Below, one piece after another: positions 9,957-22,937 of a stretch of 39,748 nt of DNA (its first letter is position 1; each line of letters begins with the position of its first letter). Source of the stretch: Phoronis australis (Eukaryota > Animalia > Phoronida); assembly GCA_002633005.1 (NCBI GenBank), contig NMRA01000063.1, forward strand, positions 320,635-360,382, given 5' to 3'. Position numbers and translations under genes: made by a program. The notes beneath the pieces were generated by a model. It saw nothing but the letters and a program-made list of their open reading frames with translations, was not told where the DNA came from and searched no databases.

Positions 9957-12528
9957 TAGACCGGCAGCTCAGAGCACTGAATTAGCATAGATGAACGAGT
10001 TACCAATTTCAACTTAGAGTCCACCTCGGTATATACGGAAATGGACGTCTGTTGTTGTCTGCACTCTGGGTGCGACCCCTGGGGAACTTACAACGGGGTC
10101 AAAAAATGAGGTAGCCTAGATATTCGAGGTATCGACCGAAACTGATTTAAAACGAACAATATTACCGCACTGAACAACGAATGAACCATGATAGACGACT
10201 GAATTGCACTCTGGAAAGGGTCCGTCAGAAACACGAAAAGGACCCCAAAAATGAACTAGCTCGTACATTCTAGGTACCACAAAAAACAATTCCATGTGAT
10301 TCAATACATGTCACTGATCACTAAACTCCACGACAAAATACGCTCTGGGTTGCGCCCGTCAGAAACCCAAAAAATGTCGGCAATGCACCGTATGCCATTG
10401 AAAATTTGAGCTAGATTAAATATTCGAGGTGCCAGCTAAAACTGATTTAAAACGAACAATAGCACCTCACTGAACACTCATGACAGGCTTTGCACTCTGG
10501 AAAGAGCCCGCTAGAAACAAAAAACGACGCCCAAAATAGGAGCTAGCCCCTATATTCGAGGTACCACAATAAACAATTCCATGTGATTCAAAAAGAAGTT
10601 ACTGGTTACTAAATTGCCTTTGACGGACAAAAACCCATTCTGGATTGTACGTGCCAGCCCCAGAAATCTCAACCACGTAGTTCTTATGAAAACGCATGAT
10701 ATATTAATTAGATAATGATGATCCCGGTTAAATGTTGGTAGAGCTTTGTAGAATCAAGAATTTGGATAAGGAAGGTGTGATCACGTGCTTAGTTTGCAGT
10801 TCATGGCGAATTTTTGTATTTCCGTAATACTTTGTCGTGTACTGATGAGTGCCAAATGGATAGTAGCGGACAGTAAGCATTTTGGAAAATACACTCACGA
10901 TAACACTAAAACTTTGGGATACCAGGAATTGTCAAAAAAACCAACTCATTGAATGATAATTAAGACTGCAGCTAGTGTAGTATAATGAGGTATCGAAACT
11001 GCCAGCAGGAAAGATATACTTCAGCGACAACACATGGCCCCTAAATTTGCGTTAGCTCGAGGAACCAAGTAAAGGATTTCCAAAGAATCCTTTCATTTAG
11101 TTGACTACAAAACGACGCTTTTAACGAAAAGCAACAGACGTGTTTTTAAAAATAATCTCGAAATAGTCATCACATTGCTTTCAAACAGCCACCCAACAAA
11201 TAACAATGACATCCATGCATTGAGTTGGGTAAGTGGAAGGTAAGAAGCGTGACGACCTCTTCATGGGAACCTTGAGAATCCGTTTGATGATCAAATGCCA
11301 TAGTACCACTGTAAGAAAGGCTAATACAGTTTGTCGCCATGTCAGACCAACAAGAGTTTTCTCCCCAAGATTTGGTCCATGAAGGTCTTTCTACCATTCT
11401 TGTCGGAGGAAGGTTGACAAACTGTCCCTAAAATATCCCGTTCTGCATACCAGGAGTTTTTCAACAAGACATTTTTGAGTGTTAAATTCGTGTTATCTTG
11501 TTTCACGGAAAGAAGTTACATTTGTCCTAAATGAAAAGTTTAGGCCCTAAAAACAGGTGTGTTAAAGTAACTTTATTATTCTGTAGTATTTACCTACACG
11601 TATTGTTATCTGTAGTACTTGACTACACACGTGAATTAAAATTTTACAAAATTAAAAGTTTACCTTGTAAAAGAACCCAATACAGTATATACCTCGTGTT
11701 GCTGACATCGTACTGTGTACTTGCAAATTGGCAGGCTCTTTGCGGGCTGTCCCACTTTTTTGACTTTCCACCATTCAGACACACCGTCTAAATGTTTCGC
11801 TTTTTGACGCGCGGCTAAATTGACATACTATCATATACTATCATAATTTCCCTTCCGACATAGCCATTTATTCTCGCTCGACTAAAATGGAGAAAAACAA
11901 GACATTTTCTGTAGTTCATTATGCCACAGTAGCTGTGGTCTTAATCATCACTTAATGGGTTGTTTTTTGACAGTTCCTTGTATCCCGAAGTTTTAATGTT
12001 ATTAGGTATTATCCAACGTTTACTTTCCGACATCATCCATTTGGCAGTCAATAGTACCTCGCATATCTATTCTAGTTCAAATTTTCAATAGAATGCGATG
12101 GTTGACATTTTGGGGGGGGGGGGTGGCGGGCACAACCCAGAATTTATTTTGTCTGTCATGGGGAATTTAGTGATCAGTGACACGTATTGAATCACATGGA
12201 ATTGTTTTTTTGTGGTATCTCGAATGTATGAGCTAGCTCATTTTTTGGGGTCCTTTTTGTTTCTGCCGGACCCTTTCCAGAGTGCAATTTGTCTGTCATG
12301 GGTCATTCGGTGTTCATTGCGGTAATGTTCGTTTTAACTCGAATATCTAGCTAGCTCATTTTTACCCCCTTGTAAGGTCCTCAGGGGTCGCACCCAGAGT
12401 GCAGACAACGGCAGACGTCCATTTCCGTATATACTGAGGTCTTGAGGTGGATTCTAACTGCTCCTATGGTCAGATGTTGGTAGGCCTACCTTGTTCATCT
12501 ATGCTACGTGCTCTGGGCTACCAGTCTA
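9957..12528. mobile_element. Non-autonomous DNA transposon with ~370-bp TIRs (Academ-like)
   Basis: Left end TAGACCGGCAGCTCAGAGCAC matches the reverse complement of right end GTGCTCTGGGCTACCAGTCTA. Inverted similarity extends over about 9957-10330 vs 12165-12528. Flanked by aaa/aaa (possible 3-bp TSD). TAG..CTA termini with long TIRs fit Academ as I recall it; no intact ORF. Confidence 0.75.
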
Positions 12529-12540
12529 AAATGCAATGCA

Positions 12541-12921
12541 GCAAACGCGTCCCAGTCTCTCAATAACGCTTTACACTCTCGACATTTCGCGAGCTGATGA
12601 TCATGTGACGTATTTTCATGTAAAAATATATCACAAACTCGTTCTTCCCGGCGTCGTCCGCGGCTTTTACTCCTTGAAAAGAAGACATGTCACTGTCAAG
12701 TCTCAAACTGTAACACGACATATGATTGCGTTGTTGGTAATGAAGTAAGAGAGATTCCACGGTGTCATATGAAAATAATATTTAAACACTGAGTTCATGT
12801 TGGATGTTTGAGACAGCTCAGCTCAGTTCAGTTTTATCCCCCGGGTCGTTAAATCCCGTCCCACAGACTCACAGTCTCAAGCGGAAAAAATTACTGAGAG
12901 ACGGGGGCCGGTCGCGTTTGC
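12541..12921. mobile_element. Small MITE-like element
   Basis: gcaaacgcg-tcccagtctctcaataa on the left is inverted relative to ttactgagagacggggg-ccggt-cgcgtttgc on the right. Confidence 0.5.
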
Positions 12922-13422
12922 GATCATACTAGCTTTCTTGTGAGTGCAATGTTCACAGTTACCGGTAATGGACACTACACGTACTCCCTTCTTTCTATCT
13001 AGTTTGTTGATTGGCTTCGTAAAAAGACAAAGCAAAGCTTTTATGAGACAAGCCGTTCTTCGTGCATTTATCTACCGTCACGGTTACTAACGTGCATGGT
13101 CTCCCCAACGTGGCTTCAATAAAAAGTAATTTCTTGTCTCTAGGGAAGAACCAAGGAGTGTAGAAGTATACTACAACACTCTTTGGAAGAAATTTACGTG
13201 AGGCCTCGATCGGGTTCCACTAGTTTGTGACTAGAACCGTACCCGTCTGCTTATTGTATGCGCCGCCCTGCATGGTTTGAAGCAATGTAACAAACTGTCT
13301 CAATATAGTCTTTCATTGCAAGATTAAAAATCTATTCATCAGTATTTCACTATGGACTTCAAAACTGGTTCCCATATCACGCCGCTCACTGAATTTTTCT
13401 TAAACTGTCTTCAATCAAAACT

Positions 13423-13963
13423 AATGACCCATGGGTAATTTTTCACAATTAAAATGACCCCAGGACACATTTTATTTTTAAAAAATGACCCGGGTGGCTT
13501 TTTGATGGGGTCTAAATTTAATGTGAACCACTGTGAAAAAGTGACCTCATGGGGCTATTTTACATATAAATAAATGACAAGATTTTTAAAGATAAAAAGC
13601 AAATAACAGAGTTCGTTTCTTGTGGATCGCTCGGGATTCCCAGCGTACAAAAATTCTCCTCTCACGCACGCTATTCGATCTCTCTCACAGTGAGCTCCCC
13701 CCCCCNAGCCCCCCCCCCGTGGAGGGGGGGGGGCGCAAGTCACCCCCAGACATAAACATCCGTGTATCGAACATTGTTGATAGACCCCCTATTGTGGATA
13801 TCATGTTTGCTTATCCCAACCTCCTGTTGCGGGGGAACCGTTGAATAATGACAGGAAAAGTTTGCACGGACGCCGGGTCATTTTTTCATGGGTTGAAAAT
13901 TCTTCACAATAAATTTAGACTCCGCCAAAAAAACTATCCGGTGCCATTTTTAGTGCTACACCG
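13423..13963. mobile_element. MITE-like element with subterminal inverted repeats
   Basis: gggtggctttttgatggggtctaaatttaatgtgaa (about 13492-13527) is inverted vs ttcacaataaatttagactccgccaaaaaaactatccgg (about 13903-13941); repeated aaaatgaccc motifs. Boundaries are approximate. Confidence 0.55.
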
Positions 13964-15644
13964 TAGTGAACTGATGGTCTCGAATTGTTTCAAACCTCGA
14001 CTACACCATTAAATACTGAGGTGAAGCTGAACGGCAAAAAACTGCTCTTTCAGTCATCGTTTCTATAGGCTTTACGAAATTTTCCTTTCTATTTTTATAA
14101 CAACAAAACTCATAACAATGTCCACAATAGGTGGTAACGATGAAAGACAAGACCATGATCCAAAGCTTCGCCGAGAAAAAAAAATTAAACCACTTACAAC
14201 CATGAAGTTGTCAAAGTAAATGTGATTTGTCAGGACAAATAACTGCCACTGCTTTAGTGGTAAAATTAGAGGCAAGTATGCGCCCAAAGCCCATCGTATC
14301 GCCTTCAGCGCTGAATTTCAAAAGTGCATTGAACTCGCAACACCTGACTCACAAACATGGGAGCCTACTTTTTGACTCACGAGGGGGTATTTGTATAGTC
14401 TGCAGTGGCGGATCTTGGATGTCGGAGAAAGAGGGTCTAACCACACATATTCGAAGGCAAAGGTCCGCGTGTATCCCAAGGAAAATAGGGGTGTAACGCT
14501 CAGAGACGATATGCTGGTGGCGATTTTAGTCGCCTGTGGGGTGTGTGCCCGGGGCCCTTCGCCACCCCCCACCCCATTCCATGACTCGGCGAGCATACCT
14601 GTGGTCGCTCGCGCTGAAATATTCGGCAACAATGCTGTCGTCAGCGTAGCCAATGCCGTAAGTTATAGTATCGAGACTACGCCCTACATATACCGTCACT
14701 TTCGGCGCCTAGATGTCACGTTAAAATGTAAAAAGGTAGTTGCTACGATAAAATGTAAGGTGGTTGGCTGCAACTACTTGCGCTTACGCCCCACTATGCC
14801 GTAACTTACGGTGAGTAGGCGCTACGTTAAAAAAGCAAAAGGGTGGTTGGCTGCGCCTACGTGCTCCTACGCCCCACTAGGCCTACAGCACTGAATTCTG
14901 TTGGAGCCAAGGCTCTACAAGTATACTCGTCAAAGCGTGTCATTACTCAGCATGGACTCGAACTGCCAACACCCATAAGCACCGTCAAGTTGAGACATAT
15001 TTCTTAGCCGATAGTGGTCTATACCAAAAGTCAATGTTGGCCTATCACAAAAATTCTCAAATTTGGAGACTGGAGGATTTTATCTAGTTAATGTTGCCAA
15101 AATGTTATCGAATTTTCTTTATATGTAACAATTATCGATTCACTATGATTTTTTTTACTTCTTTTCCACTGTGCTACCAGTGATACGCATGCAGTAGTAT
15201 ATTAACATGAGTAAGACGAGATTAAATTGAATAATCAGGATAGCTGGAAAACTACACTTTTCGTGACATTTCTGATGTGAAATAATTTACCTGCGTTCTG
15301 CGAAGGACTCGCAAGGCCGTTTTCATCAGGAACCTTAAGAAAAAAAAAACATTTTTTCACTAGTTGCAATTTTTTATTTCCTGAATTTATCCCAGGCCAC
15401 ATAACGTGGCTTATAGTTTCTTATAAGCAAATTACAGAAGGCGTTTAGGCTTTTTCGTTTATGCAACAAATTACGCACAACTAATTAATTTCAGACGTGA
15501 TCTCCCATTTGGCACGCATCAAACCTCTTTGACCACCTAAAGAGAACGATTAAAGGAATCCGTTGTCTTGCCAACCGTTGCGCACTGGGCAACTTCTGTA
15601 ACCTTCTGATAAATAATTTATGCACCAGTCCACAAGGCACAGTG

Positions 15645-15740
15645 TCCCGATTGGCTGTTGAGAGGAATCTTGACATTTGATTGACACCACCAGATGTGTT
15701 TCTTATAAATATACATACTGAATTGAACTTCCGTCCAAGT
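15645..15740 (+). promoter_or_regulatory. Putative core promoter of ZCCHC24
   Basis: Reverse CCAAT box (gattggctg, about 15650) and TATA-like cttataaatata (about 15702-15713), roughly 80 nt upstream of the ATG at 15788. Confidence 0.5.
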
Positions 15741-15787
15741 CGGTGAAGAAACCATCAGGGGAGGTGCATCGATGATCTACTCCGGGA

Positions 15788-16030
15788 ATGTCGGTGAACA
15801 ACTTAGCGTCCATGAGCACGCTAGACACCAATGCGTCCGTGTACCAGCCGTCGCAACTCCTTAACTGGGTCTATATGAACTTGGCGCCGCAAAATCAGCT
15901 GGCCACGGATCAGCCATCGTTTCCCAACTACGCAGACAGTTCCGCGCCAACGTTCCACCATCACCAGCAACCGGCATACCCTGCTCAGCTGTTGGCAGCT
16001 CACAACCCAGATCCATGGACGACACAAGCT
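15788..16030 (+). CDS. ZCCHC24: ZCCHC24 coding exon 1
   Basis: MSVNNLASMSTLDTNASVYQPSQLLNWVYMNL matches the recalled human N-terminus '[28 protein letters not shown]'. Donor GCT|gtaagt, phase 0. The start could instead be the second Met. Confidence 0.92.
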
Positions 16031-18050
16031 GTAAGTTTTCACCTCAGGTTGAGCCGCCAATAATCCCGTGTGCTATGTGTTTAAGTATTCCTTTCCTGAT
16101 AACAAGTTTTTTAAAATTGTCTCTTTGTAAGCAGAAAAATTGATATTAAGCCGTTTTCGAGTGATCTGAATTATATTCCGATTTACATCTATTTTCTGGA
16201 GATATTAGATAATTGAGTTTTGTTATTTATTTAGTTTTGTTATTTATTTAGTTTTGATATTTATTTTCTTCCAAAACTAAACTCAGAGTTTACTTGACAA
16301 TGTAATATGAAGCGTATTTTTGATATCTATATTCTATATCCATCCCGATAATTAAAATAATAATCACTGATAATGTGAATTGGCAGAGGTTCCTAAAATT
16401 AAATACTTGTGTTTTTCAGTTGTAACTTAATGCTAGTTATGATTATTATAACTCAATGTGATTATGATACAACAAAATATAGTTAAATCACAATATAATG
16501 GTGAAGCTAAAAACAGGAGTGTTGTCATTTTTGCAGCTTCCTACTACTACTACATATAACTTCAAGTGCAGCTTCCTACTACTACTACATATAACTTCAA
16601 GTGATGAGCAGTGTTCATTTTCTCATCATTTGTACGAATTAGAAAAGAAAAATGATATTTCAACCAGAAAAATGAGAACCAATTACTTGTGTAAGTAAGA
16701 TATCATTTGTGTGAGACTGTTTTCATTCTGTGAAAGGCATAAACAGTGGTCAAGCTTTGTTATACAGTGTGGCAGAAAAACTGGGAATTCTGAACAGTTT
16801 TTGATAATTTTGTCCAATTATTTTTGTGGGAAATTAAGATTTTACCATGTATCTAAAGCCTGCTCCAAATAGTGTTTGCAATCTTGGTGGTCTAACAAGA
16901 AGGAACCTGGTTTTCATAACTTACTGGTGGTGAACACAACAGAGCAGGCATTGTTTTATTTTATCACAACAAACAATGACAGTTAAATGTCAGTAGTGTT
17001 TGTAAATCTGTTGATCATTTGGGGTCATTGTTATACAGTTATGTAATACTGTACTTGGATTTGTGTTGGGATGTGGAACTTGTTAAAATTCTAACCAACT
17101 GTCTGCTTTCATTCATAACTTTAAATAGGTTTGAAAGGTCACCAGACTGATTAAGTAATGAGTGCTGATAAGTAAATGAACTATGGAAACTCATTGAAGC
17201 TTCAGAAGATTTGAAAACTACAATCCTTTTACTATTTTTATGTATGACCTAAGATATTTCAATAGAAAAAATCTCATGTTGTGCATATACATTCTTTCTT
17301 TCTTCAAAACAAAGTGCAATTTTCAATTATACATTTTCACCTCATTGCCTCAATCATTAAAATGGAACAGCACCCAGACATTATATACAGCTATCATAAA
17401 AGTTCCTCTTTCACTGTGTCCACTAGCCCCAGAATGTGTATTGGTAGTGGTTTTCTGCCTTTCTCATTGCTAAATTTGAACAGAAATTAATAGCCTTTTT
17501 ATGGTTCCCGTTTCTTATTCTGTGTTATTTTTTGTTTAACCTATGTATGGATTAGTGCCATTTCAGTACAAGATTTCAATTGTCCCTTCACTGCAACTGT
17601 TTGAAGCTTCATCTAGTGCCTTCTTTGAAAGTCATTGTTTTTGTTTATGTTTTAGAGTGGAACTTTTCGTTTTGGTTTTATAATTATAATATAATATGGC
17701 GAGTTAGCATGGACAGAATGGAGTTCATTGATTGTTTCGAGGGTAGTAGCATAGCTAGTTTGACCTAATTAACACTGCATTGGTCTTTATTCTTCACAGA
17801 ATATTGAGGGTGACTTTGGAATAGTCTGCTACTTTAAATCACGTCAAATCATTTTGCTGTACTTATTCAATATTACTGAAGATTTTTAGGGACCGTTCCC
17901 AATTTTTGAGTCATGTCAGATTCTTTGGTAGGGCACTACTAATCGGTTGATAGGAAGCTGTTGTTCTACTAATTGCAGCAACCCCTATGTTACTTTTTCT
18001 CTTACTCTTATAAATACTGGCAATAGGAGGCGCTAAAGCATGTTCTTCCT

Positions 18051-18320
18051 ATAGACCCAACTCATGCGACGGACATTAAAATCCAAAGCGAGGCTCAGTG
18101 CGATAAACAAAGCGGAAATTTACATTGCGTGAGTTAAATGGCCAGTCTTTAGAGTCCAACCAAGATATTAAATCTTAAAAATGTGTCGATAATTAACCAC
18201 AGAGACGTAGAAAAATACATTAGAGAACAAGTCAATGCACCAAAGAGTTGTCTGATGAAAAGGTATAAGTTTTTTTTCGGAAAACTATGTTCGAAACATG
18301 AAAAGTAAATATGACCAAAC
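18051..18320 (+). mobile_element. Terminal fragment of an ISL2EU-like (PIF/Harbinger group) transposon
   Basis: Begins atagaccc. A decayed frame reads LNLKNVSIINHRDVEKYIREQVNAPKSCLMKRYKFF(S)ENYVRN, resembling the 'KGYKFFxExYxH' segment that precedes the SWIM/YqaJ ORF of these elements (recalled). Confidence 0.4.
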
Positions 18321-19282
18321 TGCGGCGATCGTCATGATAGTGTTACTGATTACGTATTATGCTGAATGCAGGGTTACGTTTCATCTTGTAAATTGTTGAT
18401 AAAAATGCTTTCTACATCTGCTTGTATTGTTGACGAGTTGAAGATATATTCGACAGTCTATCCTCCCATTTTGTTGTCATGTGCAATTAGTCACATCTGG
18501 TTTAATTTGTTGATCAAAAACATCAACATCAAGCATATAGCATATGTCCTGGTGAGGTAGGGACTACTGGGACTAACAAGTGATTCGTTATTGATCTGAA
18601 AGAATAACTGATGTTATTAAATATATTTTTTTATTAAAATAAAAAACCAGGCTCATAATTAAAAATAAACATTATTTGACCATTTTTTAAAGTTTGAAAA
18701 AAATAAAAAACGAGCACAGCCTTAGAAATCGCTTTCGCATTATATCCAGATTCTCATTCACTCCCTTGCACAATTCACAAGTAATTATTTGACCATCAAT
18801 ACTGCTTTCTTGGTTTTAATAATTCTTATAAACGTTCATGTGTTAGGTTTCAAATATCAGTCTGTACTAAGTTGAATTTTAAAATTAAAACACCCAACTC
18901 GTTCGTCCAAAGCATAACCTTGTTTTTGAGCTCAATTTCAGTTAACTGCACAGTGCAAGCATAGTTATCATGTTTCTTCAGGGGCCTCGTCAAAGGTGCT
19001 TGTGTACCTTTGTGAGAGGGGCATTTTTTGCTGAGTGAGGGGAAATAACTACCTCCCGAACCTAATCAATAGCACACAAGTACTGTTCTCTTTGAAATTG
19101 TCACCTGTGTGGATACAGTTGATTTGAACTTCGGAGAGAACTTTTCAATCACTAGGGGAATTTTTAGGGCCTCGTGGGGGGAATATTGGGGGGATTTTTC
19201 AATATTTTTGAAAGGGGAATAGGGCTGATATTTGGCCCCAAAATCGAGGGATTGAGGGCCCTGTCTTTTTTGGAAAGAAACC

Positions 19283-19593
19283 AGTGGCAGACTTAGGGGG
19301 GGGGGTCAAGAGGGCCATGGCTCACCTAAAATTCTACCAGATACCATTTGGGAGTTCGGGTGCGCGCAAACAGGGGCTCGTCGGGGGCGAATAAACAACA
19401 CATAGGCCCTGAGCATTTGAACAAATTCCGTGTACGTTTTTTTTCTTTTTTTTAGTCAACAGGAGGTCCGCAACCCCAAACACATTCGAGGCCTCTGCAT
19501 CCCCCTATTTAGGCTGGGCGCGCGCATCTGTCGAAATTCTGGTTATTCCCGTGCCCTGGCCCCACCTAACTCAAAATCCTGGATACGCCCCTG
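19283..19593. mobile_element. hAT-like MITE
   Basis: Ends cagtggcagacttaggggggg ... aaaatcctggatacgcccctg (CAG..CTG imperfect TIR). Related ends occur at about 14403 (cagtggcggatct) and 38593 (caggggcggatct). Confidence 0.6.
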
Positions 19594-20109
19594 GAAACAT
19601 GAATCATCTGTCAACCTGTAGTCATGAAAACACAGCCTGGCTGAACGAAGATTCTCCGGTGGATGCTATGACGCTCGGCAACCGAGATGCGACAACATAT
19701 GACCTAACTTTTCGAAAACATTTATAAATTTTACACGGACATATTTTCCTTCGTCGCGCGTATAGCAACGACCCAAAGCTTCCGAATCTCAGCGTCCTCA
19801 GGGTTTGTAAAACAGACAGTTGAGTGTCCATATTTTTTCTAGCCATTTGAGCAAAACGGAATACAACCAGTATACCGATAAGCCAACAGAGATATCGTAG
19901 CGAGCCTCGTTTTGGAATGCGCCTCCTGTCGGCGTGAATTAGGTCTATATACAACAAACGATTGTGGTATCGATCCTTACTTCTTGGCGCATTGTTAGTA
20001 GAAAACTGAGGTGCACATAACTGTGAAAAATAATGATAAAACGAAGTGCTGGTTAGTGCCAAGATAAAACAGGTCTTAATGATTACTGTGTAAGATTGAT
20101 GTTCAGGAT

Positions 20110-20668
20110 GTGACGTGTGAATATTTCTATTGTTTCTGATGAGATGGCGAATTATGGGAGTCTATTCCAGAGTAAAATGGTAGATGGAAAGAAAGAGTTT
20201 GCGTAGTATGTGGTGCGGATGTATAATCTCTCAAAGGTATGAGAGTGGGAGTTTGGTGATCTGGAGGTATGTAGGAGTGGAAGGTATGAGTGAGGAATAG
20301 CAACCAGGTTATGTACGGTCTTGTACAGAAGGGACAGTTTGTTGTGAGCTCGTCTTTCCTGGAGGGTGGGCTAATTGAGAGTTTTGAGCATGGATGAAGC
20401 AGAGGAGTACCTTGAGTGGTCATTTAAAACGAACCTGGCTGCTCTCCGCTGTATTTTTTCTATTTTTTCATTGTTTGTGAGAAAAGATGGATCCCAGACG
20501 GAGGAGGAGTATTCTAGTTTTGGTCTAACAAGTGAAGTCTAGGCAAGGGCTTTTGTTTTTTGAAGAGCTTATTTGAGATCTGCTTAATGAAGCCCAGAGT
20601 TTTGTTTGCCTTTGAGGTGATTGTGTCTATATGAGTGTTCCACAATAAATTATTGGGAGAGTGACCCC
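20110..20668 (-). mobile_element. 5'-truncated, decayed LINE (CR1/L2 group), C-terminal part of ORF2
   Basis: With frameshifts, the minus strand reads GVTL..NLLWNTHIDTITSKANKTLGFIK ... IQRRAARFVLNDHSRYSSASSMLKTL ... RR..LLYKTVHNLVAIP ... YYANSFFPSTILLWNRLP, the characteristic post-RT motifs. Confidence 0.9.
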
Positions 20669-20806
20669 TGATGTTAGTACAAAGAAAGATGAAATGGTGA
20701 CTTCATGCACTGGTAAATGATATTTAAGACGTCAATGTTAAGTTCCAAGGAAATTCAAATATTTCAAGCTACCTCTGTACCACATATGGATAAGTAGACG
20801 ACATTA

Positions 20807-22937
20807 CGGCGTTTTCCCATTGCGCCCAACTTGTTTGATTCTATAGCCTAACAACAAGTTGGGAAGTTTACCCCTGTAGCCAATATCTTACACGACTGAC
20901 TAACTCCATTCTGACATGGTTGGAGGGCCAGCTCTCTTTTGTTCGATAATTGCTCTAATCTTCAAAAAGATTGTATGTAGCCTGACTAGGCTGTGCTGTT
21001 GAAAATAAAAGTTAAGTTATAACATATTTGAACATAAACCAATGGCATTTCTGACATCCTCGTCTAGTGGTGATCATGTTTAGTTTTTGAATCGCCAAAA
21101 TCGCCCAACTGCAACCGAAGTTAGGATAATCTATTTTTTCTGATTGTACCTGAATTCGCTCTGAGTTTGAGGGTGTTCACACGTGGTCTGTAATAAGCCT
21201 GGTAGATAATTGGCCTGCCTGTTGTCATAATAGACAAAAGACTTTACTTGGCAGTTAACAAAGAAGCTAAATTTTATCACAAGCTCAGAACCCCCTTCGT
21301 CTGATAAAGTCACTGAACAGGAAAACACTGTCATGAGCACTATATGTGAGCAGAAGGTTCACAACTTAAAGAGACAGAACACCCATTTTAGCCTATATAC
21401 CGTAACTATACCCTGCAATCACTGCGTCACCAGACGTCAGCAACAGGCTCACTCCACAAGTTGAGAGACACAGAACAAGCATGTCAACTAAGAAATACGC
21501 ATTTCAATTAATTCAACTATTCCAACTATTCGTTGCGCCACCTGCGGAGGCAGGCTGATAGATGTGACGTCAGCCACAGGCTCAGCTCACAACTTGAGAG
21601 ACTCCGGACATGTACGCATTTTAACTAATTTGACTATTCCCAATAATCGATACGCCATCTGAGGACTGGTAGAAACTTGGCGTTGGGGTAGATGAAAGTA
21701 GGTAGATCCTTTAGAACACGCATTCCAGCTAATTCAACTATTCCCAATAGTCGCTGCGCCACCTGCGGGCAGGCAGATAACTAACAAGACATCAGCAACA
21801 GGTTCTCAACTATAAGGGCACAAAACACGCATTTCCACTAATTCAACTACTCCCACTATTCGGCGCTGCGCCAACTGCAGGTACGTAAGTGACAAGTAGA
21901 TAGCCTTCATCAACAGGCTCACAACTTTAGAGACAACGATCACTTATTTCAACTAATTAAACAATTCCCACTAATCGCTGCACCACCTGCGGGGGGGGGG
22001 GGGCAGGCTGATAACAAACTTGAGGTCAGCAACAGGCTCGCATGATGGTGGCAGAATAAGTTGGGTTTTAAGTTGGGTACAACTAAACATTCTGACATGC
22101 ATGTGGAGAATTTCTCGCATACACTGGTCACCACTCTGATTCCCTAAGCTGCAGACAACTTTTAGAATGCCTATTCAGCATGCCCAAGTTTGTATTGAGG
22201 TAGATCTGAGCTAATGAAGTGGAAAGGTAATAGCTAGCACTACTACATGCAGAGATGTTTACTACAGTTTATGGTCGGTACCCTTTGAGGGTTTTGCTCG
22301 CACTGGACAATGCAGTCATCGCAACTGTGGCTGGCTCTGGTGCCGCGCTCTCTTTGATCCAGGCAGAAGCCGCTCAGAAGTACCCATTACAACGTTCTGT
22401 CGTTCAGTAACTTCCATACGTGAGGGGTGCTGAACGTGCGATAACATCTGGCTCTTAATGTTAACTGCCCAGCTCAGTCTTTTGTGCCGTATGATAACAA
22501 GCAGGCCAATTAGCTAAGCAGGCTTCAAAGGAAATGTATGGTGGTTGCACGCTATTTCCGAACGCGTATGAACACAGTCAAACCCAATGTGGCGTTGGTA
22601 ATCCGTTTAGACAGAATAGATTGTCTTAACTTCTGTTGTAGTTGGGCGATTTTGGTGATTCAAAAACGGAACATGATCAGCATTTGACGAGGAATTCAAA
22701 AATGCTATTGGTTTAAGCTCAAATGTGTTATAACTTTTTATCAGCCCAGCCCAGTCAGGCTAGATACGATCTGATCGGAGATTAGTGCAATTATCGAACG
22801 AAAGAGAGCAGGCAATCCAACCATAAATGCCAGAATGGAGTTAATCAGTCGTGTAAGATATTGGCTACGGGGGTAAACTTCCCAACTTGTTGTTTGGCTA
22901 TAGAATCAAACAAGTTGGGAGCAACGGGATGTCGCCC
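20807..22937. mobile_element. Non-autonomous DNA transposon with ~320-bp TIRs (possibly PIF/Harbinger)
   Basis: About 20807-21125 is the inverted copy of about 22620-22937 (e.g. cccaacttgtttgattctatagcc / ggctatagaatcaaacaagttggg). Flanks tta / tca are a possible degraded TWA TSD. Confidence 0.8.
21430..22040. repeat. Degenerate ~110-140-bp tandem array (about 5 units) nested in the TIR element
   Basis: Recurring gacgtcagcaacaggctc...acgcatttcaactaattcaactattccca...cgctgcgccacctgcgg. Confidence 0.85.

Noticed and set aside
13690-13740. C-run/G-run hairpin or G-quadruplex
   Set aside because: Contains an N and homopolymers of uncertain length, and lies within a MITE-like repeat.
19622-20062. 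Longest ORF in the track (146 aa, minus strand)
   Set aside because: Non-ATG start, no recognisable motif, and sits between transposon fragments.
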